From contig JBDTNL010000007.1 of assembly GCA_039933785.1 (NCBI GenBank), positions 5,466 to 69,465 on the forward strand: a stretch of 64,000 bases of DNA. Direction: 5' to 3'. Position numbers and translations under genes: made by a program. Shown here piece after piece: positions 18,441 through 27,249 of this stretch. How positions within the stretch are numbered: position 1 is the first letter of the stretch; every line of letters starts with the position of its first letter. The stretch comes from Acidobacteriota bacterium. GTDB lineage: Bacteria; Acidobacteriota; Thermoanaerobaculia; Multivoradales; JAGPDF01. A model generated the notes under the pieces. That model saw nothing but the letters and a program-made list of their open reading frames with translations. It had not been told where the DNA came from and did no database searches.

Positions 18441-18465
18441 CGCGAATTGCACAAGGAGGAGAACA

Positions 18466-18951
18466 ATGCTCGAAGGTGCCTATCTCGCACTGCTGCTCAA
18501 GTCTGGAGGCGACGGTCCGGCGTGGCACGGCCCCGCGTTCGCGCCGCTGCTCGAGGGTCTCACCGCGCAACAGGCCGCGGCGCATCCGATCGCCGGTGGT
18601 CACAGCATCTGGGAGGTCGTTCTCCACGTCGCCGCGTGGCGTGGCGAGGTGGCTCGCCGCCTGGTGAGCGCCGAAGCCGCGGAGCCGCCCGATGGCGACT
18701 GGCCCGAAGTCTCTGTCGTCTCTGCTTCCGCCTGGTCAGCAGCCAAGGAGCACCTCAGCGCGACACTCACGGCTACTGCACGAGTGCTCGAAGCGATGTC
18801 GGAGAAGAACCTGCAAACTCGGGTCCGGGGCGAGTCCTCCGCTGGAGCGGACGTGTCGTTGGAAACCACGGTCCTCGGCCTACTCCAGCACGACGCCTAC
18901 CACGGTGGGCAGATCGCCCTGCTGCGGCGAATTCTCGGCCTGCCGGCCTAG
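18466..18951 (+). CDS. DinB/YfiT (DinB_2) family metal-dependent hydrolase-like protein
   Basis: AAGGAGGA RBS 5 nt before ATG 18466; His-rich motifs HSIWEVVLHVAAWR and LLQHDAYHGGQI. Confidence 0.7.
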   Translation: MLEGAYLALLLKSGGDGPAWHGPAFAPLLEGLTAQQAAAHPIAGGHSIWEVVLHVAAWRGEVARRLVSAEAAEPPDGDWPEVSVVSASAWSAAKEHLSATLTATARVLEAMSEKNLQTRVRGESSAGADVSLETTVLGLLQHDAYHGGQIALLRRILGLPA

Positions 18952-20051
18952 CGTTCTCCGACAGAATGCTGCGGCGCCCCGACCCCTCGTGCGTCGGTGG
19001 GTTGACCGGTTTCGAGCGCCAGCAGCCAGTGCTTGCGCCAGGGCCCGCCGCCGTAGCCACCGGGCCGGCCATCCTTCTTCACCACGCGATGGCACGGGAT
19101 GACGATCGCGATCCGGTTCTGGCCGTTGGCGGTGCCCACCGCGCGCTGTGCGCCGGGGGCGCCGATCGCGTCGGCCAGTCCCTCGTACGAGCAGGTCGTG
19201 CCGTGGGGAATGCGCAGCAGGGCGTCCCACACGCGGCGTTGAAACTCGCTTCCGGGAACATCGAGCGGCACGGTGAAGGCCGTCCGATCACCGGCGAAAT
19301 ATTCCCCAAGCTCGGTTTCGATCTGCTCGATGAAGCGATGCTTGCCGGGCACCAGGACGGCTTGAAAACGACGGCGCACGGTTTCAAACTGAGCCTCCAG
19401 CATGCGCCGATCGGTGTACTCCAAGAGACATAAACCGCGCTCGGTCGCGCCGGCGACCATGGGGCCAAGCGGTGTATCCACCCACGAGACGACGACGCGC
19501 TCGAGGTGACGGCTTTGTCCGGGCGTCGTGCCGAAGGCCTGGGCGAAGGCTTCGCGGAACCCGCTGTGCGATTCGTAGCCATTGCCGAGGGCCGCCTCGT
19601 CCAGACTCTCCCCGCGGCGAATCTGCTCGAGCGCACTGCCCAATCGCTTGCCTCGGGCGTACGCCTGGAAGGTCAGACCGTAGTGCTGCTGAAACCACCG
19701 TCGCGCTCGCGCCGGCTCGACGCCCATGCCACGGAGGTCGGCGTCGCGAAGCCGCAGCTCGGTGCACTGGTCGAGCCGATCGAGCAGGATCTTCACCCAA
19801 CCCGGAGCCCCAGGCTCCTCCAGGGGGTGACAACGCTTGCAAGCTCGGAGGCCCGCAAACAGCGCCTCCTTTAGCGAGCCGTAGTACTCGACGTTCTTCT
19901 CGAGCGGCCGTTTGGCCGGACACGACGGCCGACAAAAGATCCCCGTCGTGCGGACGCCGACGAAGAAGATCCCGTCATACGAACGATCGCGGGCCTGGAA
20001 GGCACGCTGCATCTCTGGGAGAGACGGTCGGAGGGCAAGTTGAGCGTTCAT
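18948..20051 (-). CDS. ada: Bifunctional Ada: methylphosphotriester-repair/AraC-type transcriptional activator fused to O6-methylguanine-DNA methyltransferase
   Basis: N-term Zn-Cys4 FCRPSCP...CKRCHP, AraC HTH, C-terminal Ogt active site IPCHRVV; start MNAQLALR (cat 20049-20051); 4-bp convergent overlap with DinB_2 gene end. Confidence 0.85.
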   Translation of the reverse strand: MNAQLALRPSLPEMQRAFQARDRSYDGIFFVGVRTTGIFCRPSCPAKRPLEKNVEYYGSLKEALFAGLRACKRCHPLEEPGAPGWVKILLDRLDQCTELRLRDADLRGMGVEPARARRWFQQHYGLTFQAYARGKRLGSALEQIRRGESLDEAALGNGYESHSGFREAFAQAFGTTPGQSRHLERVVVSWVDTPLGPMVAGATERGLCLLEYTDRRMLEAQFETVRRRFQAVLVPGKHRFIEQIETELGEYFAGDRTAFTVPLDVPGSEFQRRVWDALLRIPHGTTCSYEGLADAIGAPGAQRAVGTANGQNRIAIVIPCHRVVKKDGRPGGYGGGPWRKHWLLALETGQPTDARGVGAPQHSVGER

Positions 20052-20055
20052 GGCT

Positions 20056-20083
20056 GGAGGATAGGTCTCGATGCCTATCCTCC
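20056..20083. promoter_or_regulatory. Perfect 10-bp inverted repeat GGAGGATAGG-N8-CCTATCCTCC immediately 5' of ada start codon (candidate operator or SD-sequestering hairpin)
   Basis: Read directly: ggaggatagg tctcgatg cctatcctcc at 20056-20083; ada ATG at 20051..20049. Confidence 0.55.
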
Positions 20084-20303
20084 GCCACCGAAAAACGAAC
20101 GTCAAACTGGGGGCAGGTTTGACTTCGGTGCTGCGTTCCCACCGCCTGTGGAATCGACCGTCTGCGCACTCGGCTTCGCTGCTGAGCGCCGGAGCGCAAT
20201 CACGGACTCACGGACCGCGGCGGCGGCGTGGACCTTTTCGGCCCAGGAGCGCGAGCCTCGGTTCGCCTGCCACGCCGCTTGTTGCGTCAGGATCCGACGC
20301 GGA

Positions 20304-20813
20304 TCATCCATCGAGGAACCTCGCCGCGAATCTTTGCCAGGCCGAGCTCAGACCAAACCGATCCGCGAGCCGCGCGATCTCGTCCGCAGTCACGCATTCC
20401 GACTCGAGGAGCGCGAGAACGCGGGCGAAATCCTTCGACCGTCCGACGCTGAGTGCGATCACCGCGAGGTACGCCGGACGGACGACGCGGAGCGGAGCCC
20501 CCTCGAAATCAGCGGTATCGGCCTCGGTCATTGCGGCCACGGTGAGCTCGCTGAAGGCGGGCACGAATTGGACGGGCCAGGAGCCGACCCGGATGGCTTC
20601 TCCCTCGGCCTGGAAACCGCGATCGGCGCAAAAGCGGTAGATCTCGCTCAGAACGTCGATGCGATCAGACTCCGGAAGGCCCACGAGCACATCGACATCG
20701 AGCGTTGCCACCGCTTCGGTGTATCGCATCTGGGCGACGGCACCGAAGAGCGCGTAGTCGGTGACTGCGCCGGCGGCGCGCATCTCGTTGAGCAGGGGGG
20801 CGAGCGCCTTCAC
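20304..20813 (-). CDS. Nucleotidyltransferase-fold (Pol-beta/MNT-like) domain protein, function unknown
   Basis: 169 aa; NTase motif LFGAVAQMRYTEAVATLDVDVLV (G[GS]x9-13 D-h-D-h); starts GTG 20813 (or ATG 20783), 19 nt after helicase stop. Confidence 0.55.
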   Translation of the reverse strand: MKALAPLLNEMRAAGAVTDYALFGAVAQMRYTEAVATLDVDVLVGLPESDRIDVLSEIYRFCADRGFQAEGEAIRVGSWPVQFVPAFSELTVAAMTEADTADFEGAPLRVVRPAYLAVIALSVGRSKDFARVLALLESECVTADEIARLADRFGLSSAWQRFAARFLDG

Positions 20814-20832
20814 GATGGATGCCGGTCGCGGG

Positions 20833-22038
20833 CTAGAGCAGCCGTCGCCGTCGTCCGGACGGCTTGCTCGCCGCTTCCTTGTACGCTACGACCCCGGGCA
20901 CCGTGCAGCGCGGCAGCGGCTCGCCGAGCTTGGCTTCGAGCTCGCGGATGAGGACCTTGTCCTGCCAGGTAGCGATGCTCGAGACGATGCCGTGGGCGCT
21001 GCCGCGCGCGGTGCGGCCGGCGCGGTGGATGTAGTCCTCGACGCTCTCGGGAAGGTCGAAGTTGATGATGTGCTGAATGCCTGGCACGTCGATGCCGCGC
21101 GAGGCGACATCGGTGGCGACGAGAATCCGGTGCTGGCCCTCGCGGAAGCCCTGCAAAGCCTCGATGCGTTGCTTCTGCGACAGATCCGAGTGAATGCGTT
21201 CGACCGGATGGCCATCGCGGACCAGGGCGCGCGAAAGCCATTCGGCATCGGAGCGCCGGCGGATGAAGACCAGGGTCGAGCCGAGCTCCTGGTTGAGCAG
21301 GGCGGTGAGGCAAGCCTTCTTGTTCTCGAGCTCGACCATGTAGAGGCGGTGACTGATCCCGGCCGCGGCACCGCTCTCGGGCAGAATGTCGATGCGCTGC
21401 GGGGACTTTTGGAAGCGTTGCGTCAGGCGCTCGATGGCCGGCGGCATGGTGGCCGAAAACATCATGGTCTGGCGGCTGGTAGGCAGCAGGGTGAGGATGC
21501 GCTGCATCTGCGGCATGAAGCCGAGGTCGAGCATGTGGTCGGCTTCGTCGAGTACCAGCTGCTCGATCTTGTTGAGCTCGACGTTGCCGCGCTCGTGATG
21601 GTCGAGCAGCCGCCCGGGGGTCGCCACCAGGATATCGGGCTCGACACGCAGGGCGTCGGCCTGCGGCTTGATGCTCAGACCGCCGATCAGGCAGACGGTC
21701 AGCAGGTGGTGGTCTTCGCCGAAGATGTCGAGAAACGCCTTGGTCTGCAGGGCAATCTCCCGCGTCGGGGAGAGGATCAGCCCGCGCACGCCGCGGCCAT
21801 GGAGCAGCCGCTCGGCGAGCGGCAGGACGAACGCCGCGGTCTTGCCCGAGCCGGTCTCGGCCAGGCCGACGATGTCCTTGCCGGCTAGGGCCGGCGGGAT
21901 GACCGCCGCCTGGATGGGTGTCGGGTGCTCGAAACCGATTTCGTGGACCTTGCGCAGGATCTCTTCGGAGAGTCCCAACTGGCGGAAGGTGAGGCGGGTG
22001 GTTTCTACGGGATGCTGTGGAATCGCGCCGGTGAACAT
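20833..22038 (-). CDS. DEAD-box ATP-dependent RNA helicase (RhlE/DeaD-like)
   Basis: Q-motif FEHPTPIQ, Walker A AETGSGKT, DEAD (VLDEAD), SAT, HRAGRTARG. Confidence 0.9.
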   Translation of the reverse strand: MFTGAIPQHPVETTRLTFRQLGLSEEILRKVHEIGFEHPTPIQAAVIPPALAGKDIVGLAETGSGKTAAFVLPLAERLLHGRGVRGLILSPTREIALQTKAFLDIFGEDHHLLTVCLIGGLSIKPQADALRVEPDILVATPGRLLDHHERGNVELNKIEQLVLDEADHMLDLGFMPQMQRILTLLPTSRQTMMFSATMPPAIERLTQRFQKSPQRIDILPESGAAAGISHRLYMVELENKKACLTALLNQELGSTLVFIRRRSDAEWLSRALVRDGHPVERIHSDLSQKQRIEALQGFREGQHRILVATDVASRGIDVPGIQHIINFDLPESVEDYIHRAGRTARGSAHGIVSSIATWQDKVLIRELEAKLGEPLPRCTVPGVVAYKEAASKPSGRRRRLL

Positions 22039-22109
22039 TCAGCGTTCATTGTAGACCGGACGGGGTCAAGCAGGCGGGAGGGTATTCTTGAGGTCGAAGG
22101 GAGCTCTCC

Positions 22110-23132
22110 ATGGGCAGCAAAACTTGGTACGTCGCAGTTTCCGGTCGCCGCGAGGGGCCGATGAGCGCCGAGGACGTCATCGGCCGCATACGTGGCGGTC
22201 GCCTGTCGTCCAAAGACTCTGTATTCAACGAAGGCATGGCGACTTGGGAACCGGCAGGCAGCCGGCCGGAGTTCGCCGCCGCGTTCGGGCCGCTGGGCGC
22301 GAGCGCCGCCGTTCCGCCGCCGCCACCGGCGGGACAGGTGGCGCACGAGATCGACTACGAGATCGTCGGCGAGGAGATGCAGTTCGTCGAGATCACGCTC
22401 GACCCCAACGAAGCCTGCATCGCGGAGGCCGGGGCTTTCATGTACATGGACCCTGGTATCCAGATGGAGACCATCTTCGGCGACGGTTCTGCGCAGCAGC
22501 AGGGCGGCCTGATGGGCGCCTTGCTCGCCGCCGGGAAGCGAGTGCTGGTCGGCGAGTCGCTCTTCATGACCCTGTTCGGGAATACCGCGTCCACCCGCCA
22601 GAAGGTGGCGTTCGCGGCGCCCTATCCGGGCAGGATCGTGCCTATGGATCTGCGCCAGCTGGGCGGCACGGTGCTTTGCCAAAAGGACGCCTTCTTGTGC
22701 GCCGCGAAGGGAATCTCGGTCGGCATCGCCTTTCAAAAGAAGCTCGGCACCGGCCTCTTCGGGGGCGAGGGGTTCATCCTTGAGAAGCTCCAAGGCGATG
22801 GTCTCGCCTTCGTGCACGCGAGCGGCGCCATCGTCTCGCGCCAGCTCGGAGCGGGAGAGACTCTGCGTGTCGACACCGGCTGCCTGGTCGCCTTCGAGCC
22901 GCGGGTGAACTACGACATCCAGATGGTGAGCGGCATCAAGACCGCGCTCTTCGGCGGCGAGGGTTTGTTCTTCGCCACACTCACCGGTCCGGGCAAGGTC
23001 TGGATCCAGTCGCTGCCTTTCAGCCGCCTGGCGAGCCGCATCTACGCCGCGGCGCCGCAGGCGGGTGGCCATCGGCGCGAGGAGGGCTCGATTCTCGGTC
23101 CGCTCGGCAGCCTGCTCGGCGGTGACCGGTGA
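22110..23132 (+). CDS. DUF4339 (GYF-like) N-terminal domain plus AIM24/TIGR00266 family protein
   Basis: N-term [18 protein letters not shown]...; C-term [21 protein letters not shown]...[12 protein letters not shown] typical of AIM24/DUF124 family. Confidence 0.65.
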   Translation: MGSKTWYVAVSGRREGPMSAEDVIGRIRGGRLSSKDSVFNEGMATWEPAGSRPEFAAAFGPLGASAAVPPPPPAGQVAHEIDYEIVGEEMQFVEITLDPNEACIAEAGAFMYMDPGIQMETIFGDGSAQQQGGLMGALLAAGKRVLVGESLFMTLFGNTASTRQKVAFAAPYPGRIVPMDLRQLGGTVLCQKDAFLCAAKGISVGIAFQKKLGTGLFGGEGFILEKLQGDGLAFVHASGAIVSRQLGAGETLRVDTGCLVAFEPRVNYDIQMVSGIKTALFGGEGLFFATLTGPGKVWIQSLPFSRLASRIYAAAPQAGGHRREEGSILGPLGSLLGGDR

Positions 23133-23452
23133 GCGATCTACCGGTCGCCTGCAGCCTGAGCGTGCCTGCGTTGCGCGAGCGCGAGGCCGGCCTGTTGCGG
23201 AGCCTGGCGGACCGCGTCGAGCAGCGCGAGGAGATCGAGAACGGGCTGCGTCTGCGCTTTCCCGCGGAGGAAATCGTCCTGGCCGACATTGCCGAGTTGA
23301 TCCGCCTCGAGCGCGCCTGCTGCCCGTTCTTGCGCTTCGAGCTCACCGTGGAGCCGTCGGGCGGTCCCCTTCACCTGCAGCTCTCCGGACCGCCGGGCAC
23401 GCGGGAGTTTCTCGCCGGCCTGCCGCTCGGCGCGCCGCCCCGCTCGCAGTGA
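23129..23452 (+). CDS. Hypothetical small protein (107 aa) with conserved-looking [12 protein letters not shown] segment
   Basis: GTG start overlapping upstream TGA (GTGA); strong GC3 bias. Confidence 0.45.
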   Translation: MSDLPVACSLSVPALREREAGLLRSLADRVEQREEIENGLRLRFPAEEIVLADIAELIRLERACCPFLRFELTVEPSGGPLHLQLSGPPGTREFLAGLPLGAPPRSQ

Positions 23453-23460
23453 GGGACGCA

Positions 23461-24597
23461 GTGAGCGACGAGATGCTGCGTCTGGTGGCGATCTGCGCCG
23501 CCGGCCTCGAGGAATTGCTCGCCGCGGAGCTCGAGACCCTGGGCGTCGAGCAGATCGAGCCCGAACGCGGCGCCGTGGTGTTCACTGGCCAGTGGGCCGA
23601 TTGCTGGCGGGCCAACTGGCGGCTGCGCACCGCGAACCGCGTACTGGTCGAGCTCGCAAGCTTCGACGCTCCCGACGGCGATGCCTTGCACGCCGCGGCT
23701 CGCGCCCTGGTCGCCGGCCCGCTGGGCGATCTCCTGGTGCCCGAGCGCACCTTCGCGATCGAGGCCACCAGCACCGCTTCGCAAGTGCGCGACACGCGCT
23801 GGGCGGCGCTGCGCGTCAAGGACGGTCTCGCCGACGGTCAACGCGATCGCTACGGCCGCCGCGCCTCGGTCGAGCGCGAAACACCCGACGTGCCGCTTCG
23901 CCTCCGCTTGCATCGCGATCACGCTACGCTGCTACTCGATACCTCGGGCGAGGCGCTCGATCGGCGCGGCTATCGTGAGCGCACGACCCTGGCCCCCTTG
24001 CGTGAGCAGCTGGCCGCGGCCTGTGTGCTGGCTTCGGGTTGGGACGGCCGCGGGCCGGTGGTCGATCCCATGTGCGGCTCGGGCACGTTGCTGATCGAAG
24101 CGGCGTGGTTCGCGCAGGGCGTAGCGCCGGGGGCGCTCCGCACAGAGTGGGCCTTCGAGCGCTTTCCGGGCTTCGACGCCGCGCGCTTCGACGAGATTCG
24201 CGGTGAATCGATTCCGGCTCCGGGAGCCGATGTGCAGCTCTTCGGTAACGACGTGTCGTCCGAGGCGTTGCGGGCAGCCGGTCTCAACCTGGCGAACGCC
24301 GGCCTTGACCACCGCGCCCGCCTGCGACGCGGTGACGCGCTGACCATGGCGCCGCCCGCGGCGGGCGGACCCGGGTTGGTCGTGGTCAATCCCCCCTATG
24401 GTGAGCGGCTCCCGAACGGCGACGACCCTTGGCGAGCCCTTGGGGACTGGCTAAAGCAGGGGTTCCGCGGTTGGAAAGCGGTCGTACTCGCGGGCGGCGA
24501 CGGTCTCGGCAAGACCATCGGCCTCAAGCCGAAACGACGCTGGCCGGTGCGCAACGGCGCCCTCGACGCGCGGATTCTGGTCTTCGAGCTTTACTGA
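23461..24597 (+). CDS. THUMP-domain class I SAM-dependent RNA methyltransferase (RlmL/RlmKL N-terminal-type, rRNA m2G methyltransferase-like)
   Basis: Motif I VVDPMCGSGTLLIEAA, motif IV NPPYGER; probable GTG start 23461 (ATG 23473 alternative). Confidence 0.75.
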   Translation: MSDEMLRLVAICAAGLEELLAAELETLGVEQIEPERGAVVFTGQWADCWRANWRLRTANRVLVELASFDAPDGDALHAAARALVAGPLGDLLVPERTFAIEATSTASQVRDTRWAALRVKDGLADGQRDRYGRRASVERETPDVPLRLRLHRDHATLLLDTSGEALDRRGYRERTTLAPLREQLAAACVLASGWDGRGPVVDPMCGSGTLLIEAAWFAQGVAPGALRTEWAFERFPGFDAARFDEIRGESIPAPGADVQLFGNDVSSEALRAAGLNLANAGLDHRARLRRGDALTMAPPAAGGPGLVVVNPPYGERLPNGDDPWRALGDWLKQGFRGWKAVVLAGGDGLGKTIGLKPKRRWPVRNGALDARILVFELY

Positions 24598-24656
24598 GCC
24601 GCGGGCTTGGGCAGTGCGTCCTGGGGGGTCGCTATGATACGGCCGAGGAGACACCC

Positions 24657-25868
24657 ATGCTCGAGTCAATGCCTCGGATCGGCTGGGCCGTGGGCCTTGT
24701 GCTGATGGCGATTCCGGTTGGCGCGGCTGCCGAAGAGGTCAGCCTGGCGTCCTACGGCGATGGCGCCACGTTGGTGCAGAAAGCCGACGAATACGGCGGC
24801 GGCTGGACGGGGGAATGGCTGCTCGACGAACGCCCACAATCCGGTTGGGCGTCTCCGGAGAAGCGGCTCGGCCCGCACGTGTTCGTGATTGCGCTGCCCG
24901 AGAAGAGCGCCGTGTCGCGACTCGAGTTCGACACCCAGAGCATCGACGGTGACGGTCGCGGCGCGAAGAACGTGCGGCTCGAGATCTCGGACACTAGCGC
25001 GTCGACGGGATTCGTACCGCTCGCCAGCGTGACGCTCCAGGACCGCGCCGATCGGCAATCCTTCCCGGTCGCCGCCACAGCCGCGGGTCGCTTCTTACGA
25101 CTTACCGTGCTCGACAATCATGGCGCGGCGGACTACACCGAGCTGATGGATGTGCGCGCCTATGGCAGACAGCTCACAAACTCCCCCATGGCCGATGTCA
25201 GCGGCACGTACGAGACCAACTTCAACGATTTTCATGTGCTCCAGCAGAGCACATCCTTGGTGGGGTGTTACGAATACAAGGAAGGCGTTCTCGTCGGCGG
25301 GCTCGAAGGACACGTGATGAAGCTCACTTGGCGGGAGGGTCCGGACCATGGCCCCGCATTGATGGTGTTCTCTCCCGACGGTAAGGAGTTCACCGGCTTC
25401 TGGGGCCGGGGCGAGGATGGCGTGTTCTCCGGCGGGCGCTGGGACGGCAAGAAGAAGAGCTCCGTGGTCGGTACTTGCCCGCACTGGAAGGGTGACGCCC
25501 AGACCCAGCTTCAGCACGATCTCGCGACCGAGGGCCACGTGCGTTTCTACGGCATCAATTTCGATTCCGATTCGGGAGTGATTCGCGACGAGTCCAAGCC
25601 GGCGCTCGATCGTCTGGCGGCCGTGCTGAAGGCGCATTTGGATTGGAAACTCACCGTCGAAGGGCATACCGACAGCCTGGCGGGCGCGGCGCACAACCAG
25701 ACCTTGTCGCAGGCACGCGCTGACGCCGTCAAGGCGTACCTGACCCGCGCGGGAATCGAGGCGGGACGCCTGCGGACGGTGGGCCTCGGTGCCACCAAGC
25801 CGGTCGCGAGCAACGACAGCGCCGCCGGCCGGGCCGAGAACCGTCGGGTCGAGCTGGTCAGGAACTGA
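24657..25868 (+). CDS. OmpA-family protein: signal peptide, discoidin (F5/8 type C)-like domain, C-terminal OmpA peptidoglycan-binding domain
   Basis: GAGGAG RBS; signal MPRIGWAVGLVLMAIPVGAAA; C-term VEGHTDSLAGAAHNQTLSQARADAV...NRRVELV. Confidence 0.75.
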   Translation: MLESMPRIGWAVGLVLMAIPVGAAAEEVSLASYGDGATLVQKADEYGGGWTGEWLLDERPQSGWASPEKRLGPHVFVIALPEKSAVSRLEFDTQSIDGDGRGAKNVRLEISDTSASTGFVPLASVTLQDRADRQSFPVAATAAGRFLRLTVLDNHGAADYTELMDVRAYGRQLTNSPMADVSGTYETNFNDFHVLQQSTSLVGCYEYKEGVLVGGLEGHVMKLTWREGPDHGPALMVFSPDGKEFTGFWGRGEDGVFSGGRWDGKKKSSVVGTCPHWKGDAQTQLQHDLATEGHVRFYGINFDSDSGVIRDESKPALDRLAAVLKAHLDWKLTVEGHTDSLAGAAHNQTLSQARADAVKAYLTRAGIEAGRLRTVGLGATKPVASNDSAAGRAENRRVELVRN

Positions 25869-25893
25869 GCCTCTCGTCCTCGAGCCAGCGGCC

Positions 25894-27249
25894 ATGACGT
25901 GGGCGTATCGCCTGGTGCGCGCGTTGGCGCGCGTTATTGCGGGCCTCTTCTATCGCGATCTCGGGTTGATCGGCGGCGAGCACTTTCCGGCGAGTGGGCC
26001 GGTGATCGTGGCCGCCAATCACCAGAACGCGCTAGTCGATCCCATGCTGATGGTCGCGGCCTTGCCGCGGGCGCTCCGGCCGCTCGCCAAGGCGCCCTTG
26101 TTCAAGCACCCGTTGATTCGCCCGTTCCTCTCCGCGGTTGGCGCGCTGCCCGTTCACCGCACCAAGGAATCGAGCGGCGATCCAAAACGCAACGACGCCA
26201 TGTTTCAGGCCGCCGCCAACGCCCTGCAGCGCGGCGAGGCGCTGCTCATCTTTCCCGAAGGCGTCGGCCACTTCGAGCCCATGCTGCAGCCGTTGCGAAC
26301 CGGCGCGGCGCGAATGCTGCTCAGTGCCGAAGCCCAGGGTGCGCCGCCGGTCACCTTGCTACCCGTCGGACTGGTCTTCCGCAAGCCCGGGCGATTTCGC
26401 GCCGGCGCCGGCGCCGTGCTGGTGGGCGAAGCGATCGAAACGCGCGACTGCGTCGTGCTGTTCGCCACCCAACCCGAAGCCGCCGTGCGCACCCTGACTA
26501 CCCGGCTGGAGGAAGGTCTGCGCCACCAAATCATCGAGGCCGACACTTGGCGGACCGAGCATCTCCTGCGGGTTGCCGAAGAAGTCTGGCGAGAAGAGCA
26601 TGGAACTGAGACCGCCGATGCGCCGCGCGACCCACTGGAGCGCACGCGCTGGCTGGGCCGCATCGCCCGCGGCTACCGCTTTCTGCTCTCGCGCGAGCCT
26701 GAACGCTTGCGCCGGCTGCGGCGCGGTCTCGAGGCGTATTCGGAAGTACTCGAACGCGCTGGCCTGCGCGGCCGCCATCTCGGGCAGTCGTATTCTTTCG
26801 CGGGAGTCGCGCGCTTCACCGTACGCGAGGGGCTCTTGCTTCTGATCACGCTCCCGTTGGCGGCCCTCGGAGTGATCCTGCACGGAACCGCGTTCTGGGC
26901 GACCGACACCGCGGTTCGTCTGGCGAATCCGAGCCCGGACACCGAGGCGACGTACAAGATTTTCGGCGGCCTGCTCTTCTACCCGCTGACTTGGGCGGTC
27001 GAGGCGTGGCTGGCATGGAACGTGGGTGGGCCGTGGGCACTTGCTGCCTTCATCGGTCTACTTATGCCCTGTGGCTTCTTCGCGCTCGGCTGGCGCGAGC
27101 GCGTCTCGCGCGGCGCGCGGGAGGCGCGCGGGCTCTATCGCTTCTTGCGGCATCCGGACCTACTCGCTCACCTCGCTCGCCGCCGCGAAGAGCTCGCGAC
27201 CGAGCTCGCTGCTCTGGCCGCCACGGTGCCCCCGGAGGTTCTCGAATGA
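25894..27249 (+). CDS. Lysophospholipid acyltransferase (PlsC/LPLAT family) with C-terminal membrane domain
   Basis: HX4D motif AANHQNALVDP, FPEG motif; start MTWAYRL (ATG 25894). Confidence 0.75.
   Translation: MTWAYRLVRALARVIAGLFYRDLGLIGGEHFPASGPVIVAANHQNALVDPMLMVAALPRALRPLAKAPLFKHPLIRPFLSAVGALPVHRTKESSGDPKRNDAMFQAAANALQRGEALLIFPEGVGHFEPMLQPLRTGAARMLLSAEAQGAPPVTLLPVGLVFRKPGRFRAGAGAVLVGEAIETRDCVVLFATQPEAAVRTLTTRLEEGLRHQIIEADTWRTEHLLRVAEEVWREEHGTETADAPRDPLERTRWLGRIARGYRFLLSREPERLRRLRRGLEAYSEVLERAGLRGRHLGQSYSFAGVARFTVREGLLLLITLPLAALGVILHGTAFWATDTAVRLANPSPDTEATYKIFGGLLFYPLTWAVEAWLAWNVGGPWALAAFIGLLMPCGFFALGWRERVSRGAREARGLYRFLRHPDLLAHLARRREELATELAALAATVPPEVLE

Noticed and set aside
20102-20311. 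69-aa ORF 20102..20311- overlapping the end of the NTase gene, considered as a possible HEPN/antitoxin partner
   Set aside because: No Rx4-6H HEPN motif or HTH; poor coding signal; lies in the ada promoter region.
25095-25895. ORF 25095..25895- (266 aa)
   Set aside because: Antisense of the OmpA-family gene, whose frame has a signal peptide and the OmpA C-terminal motif.
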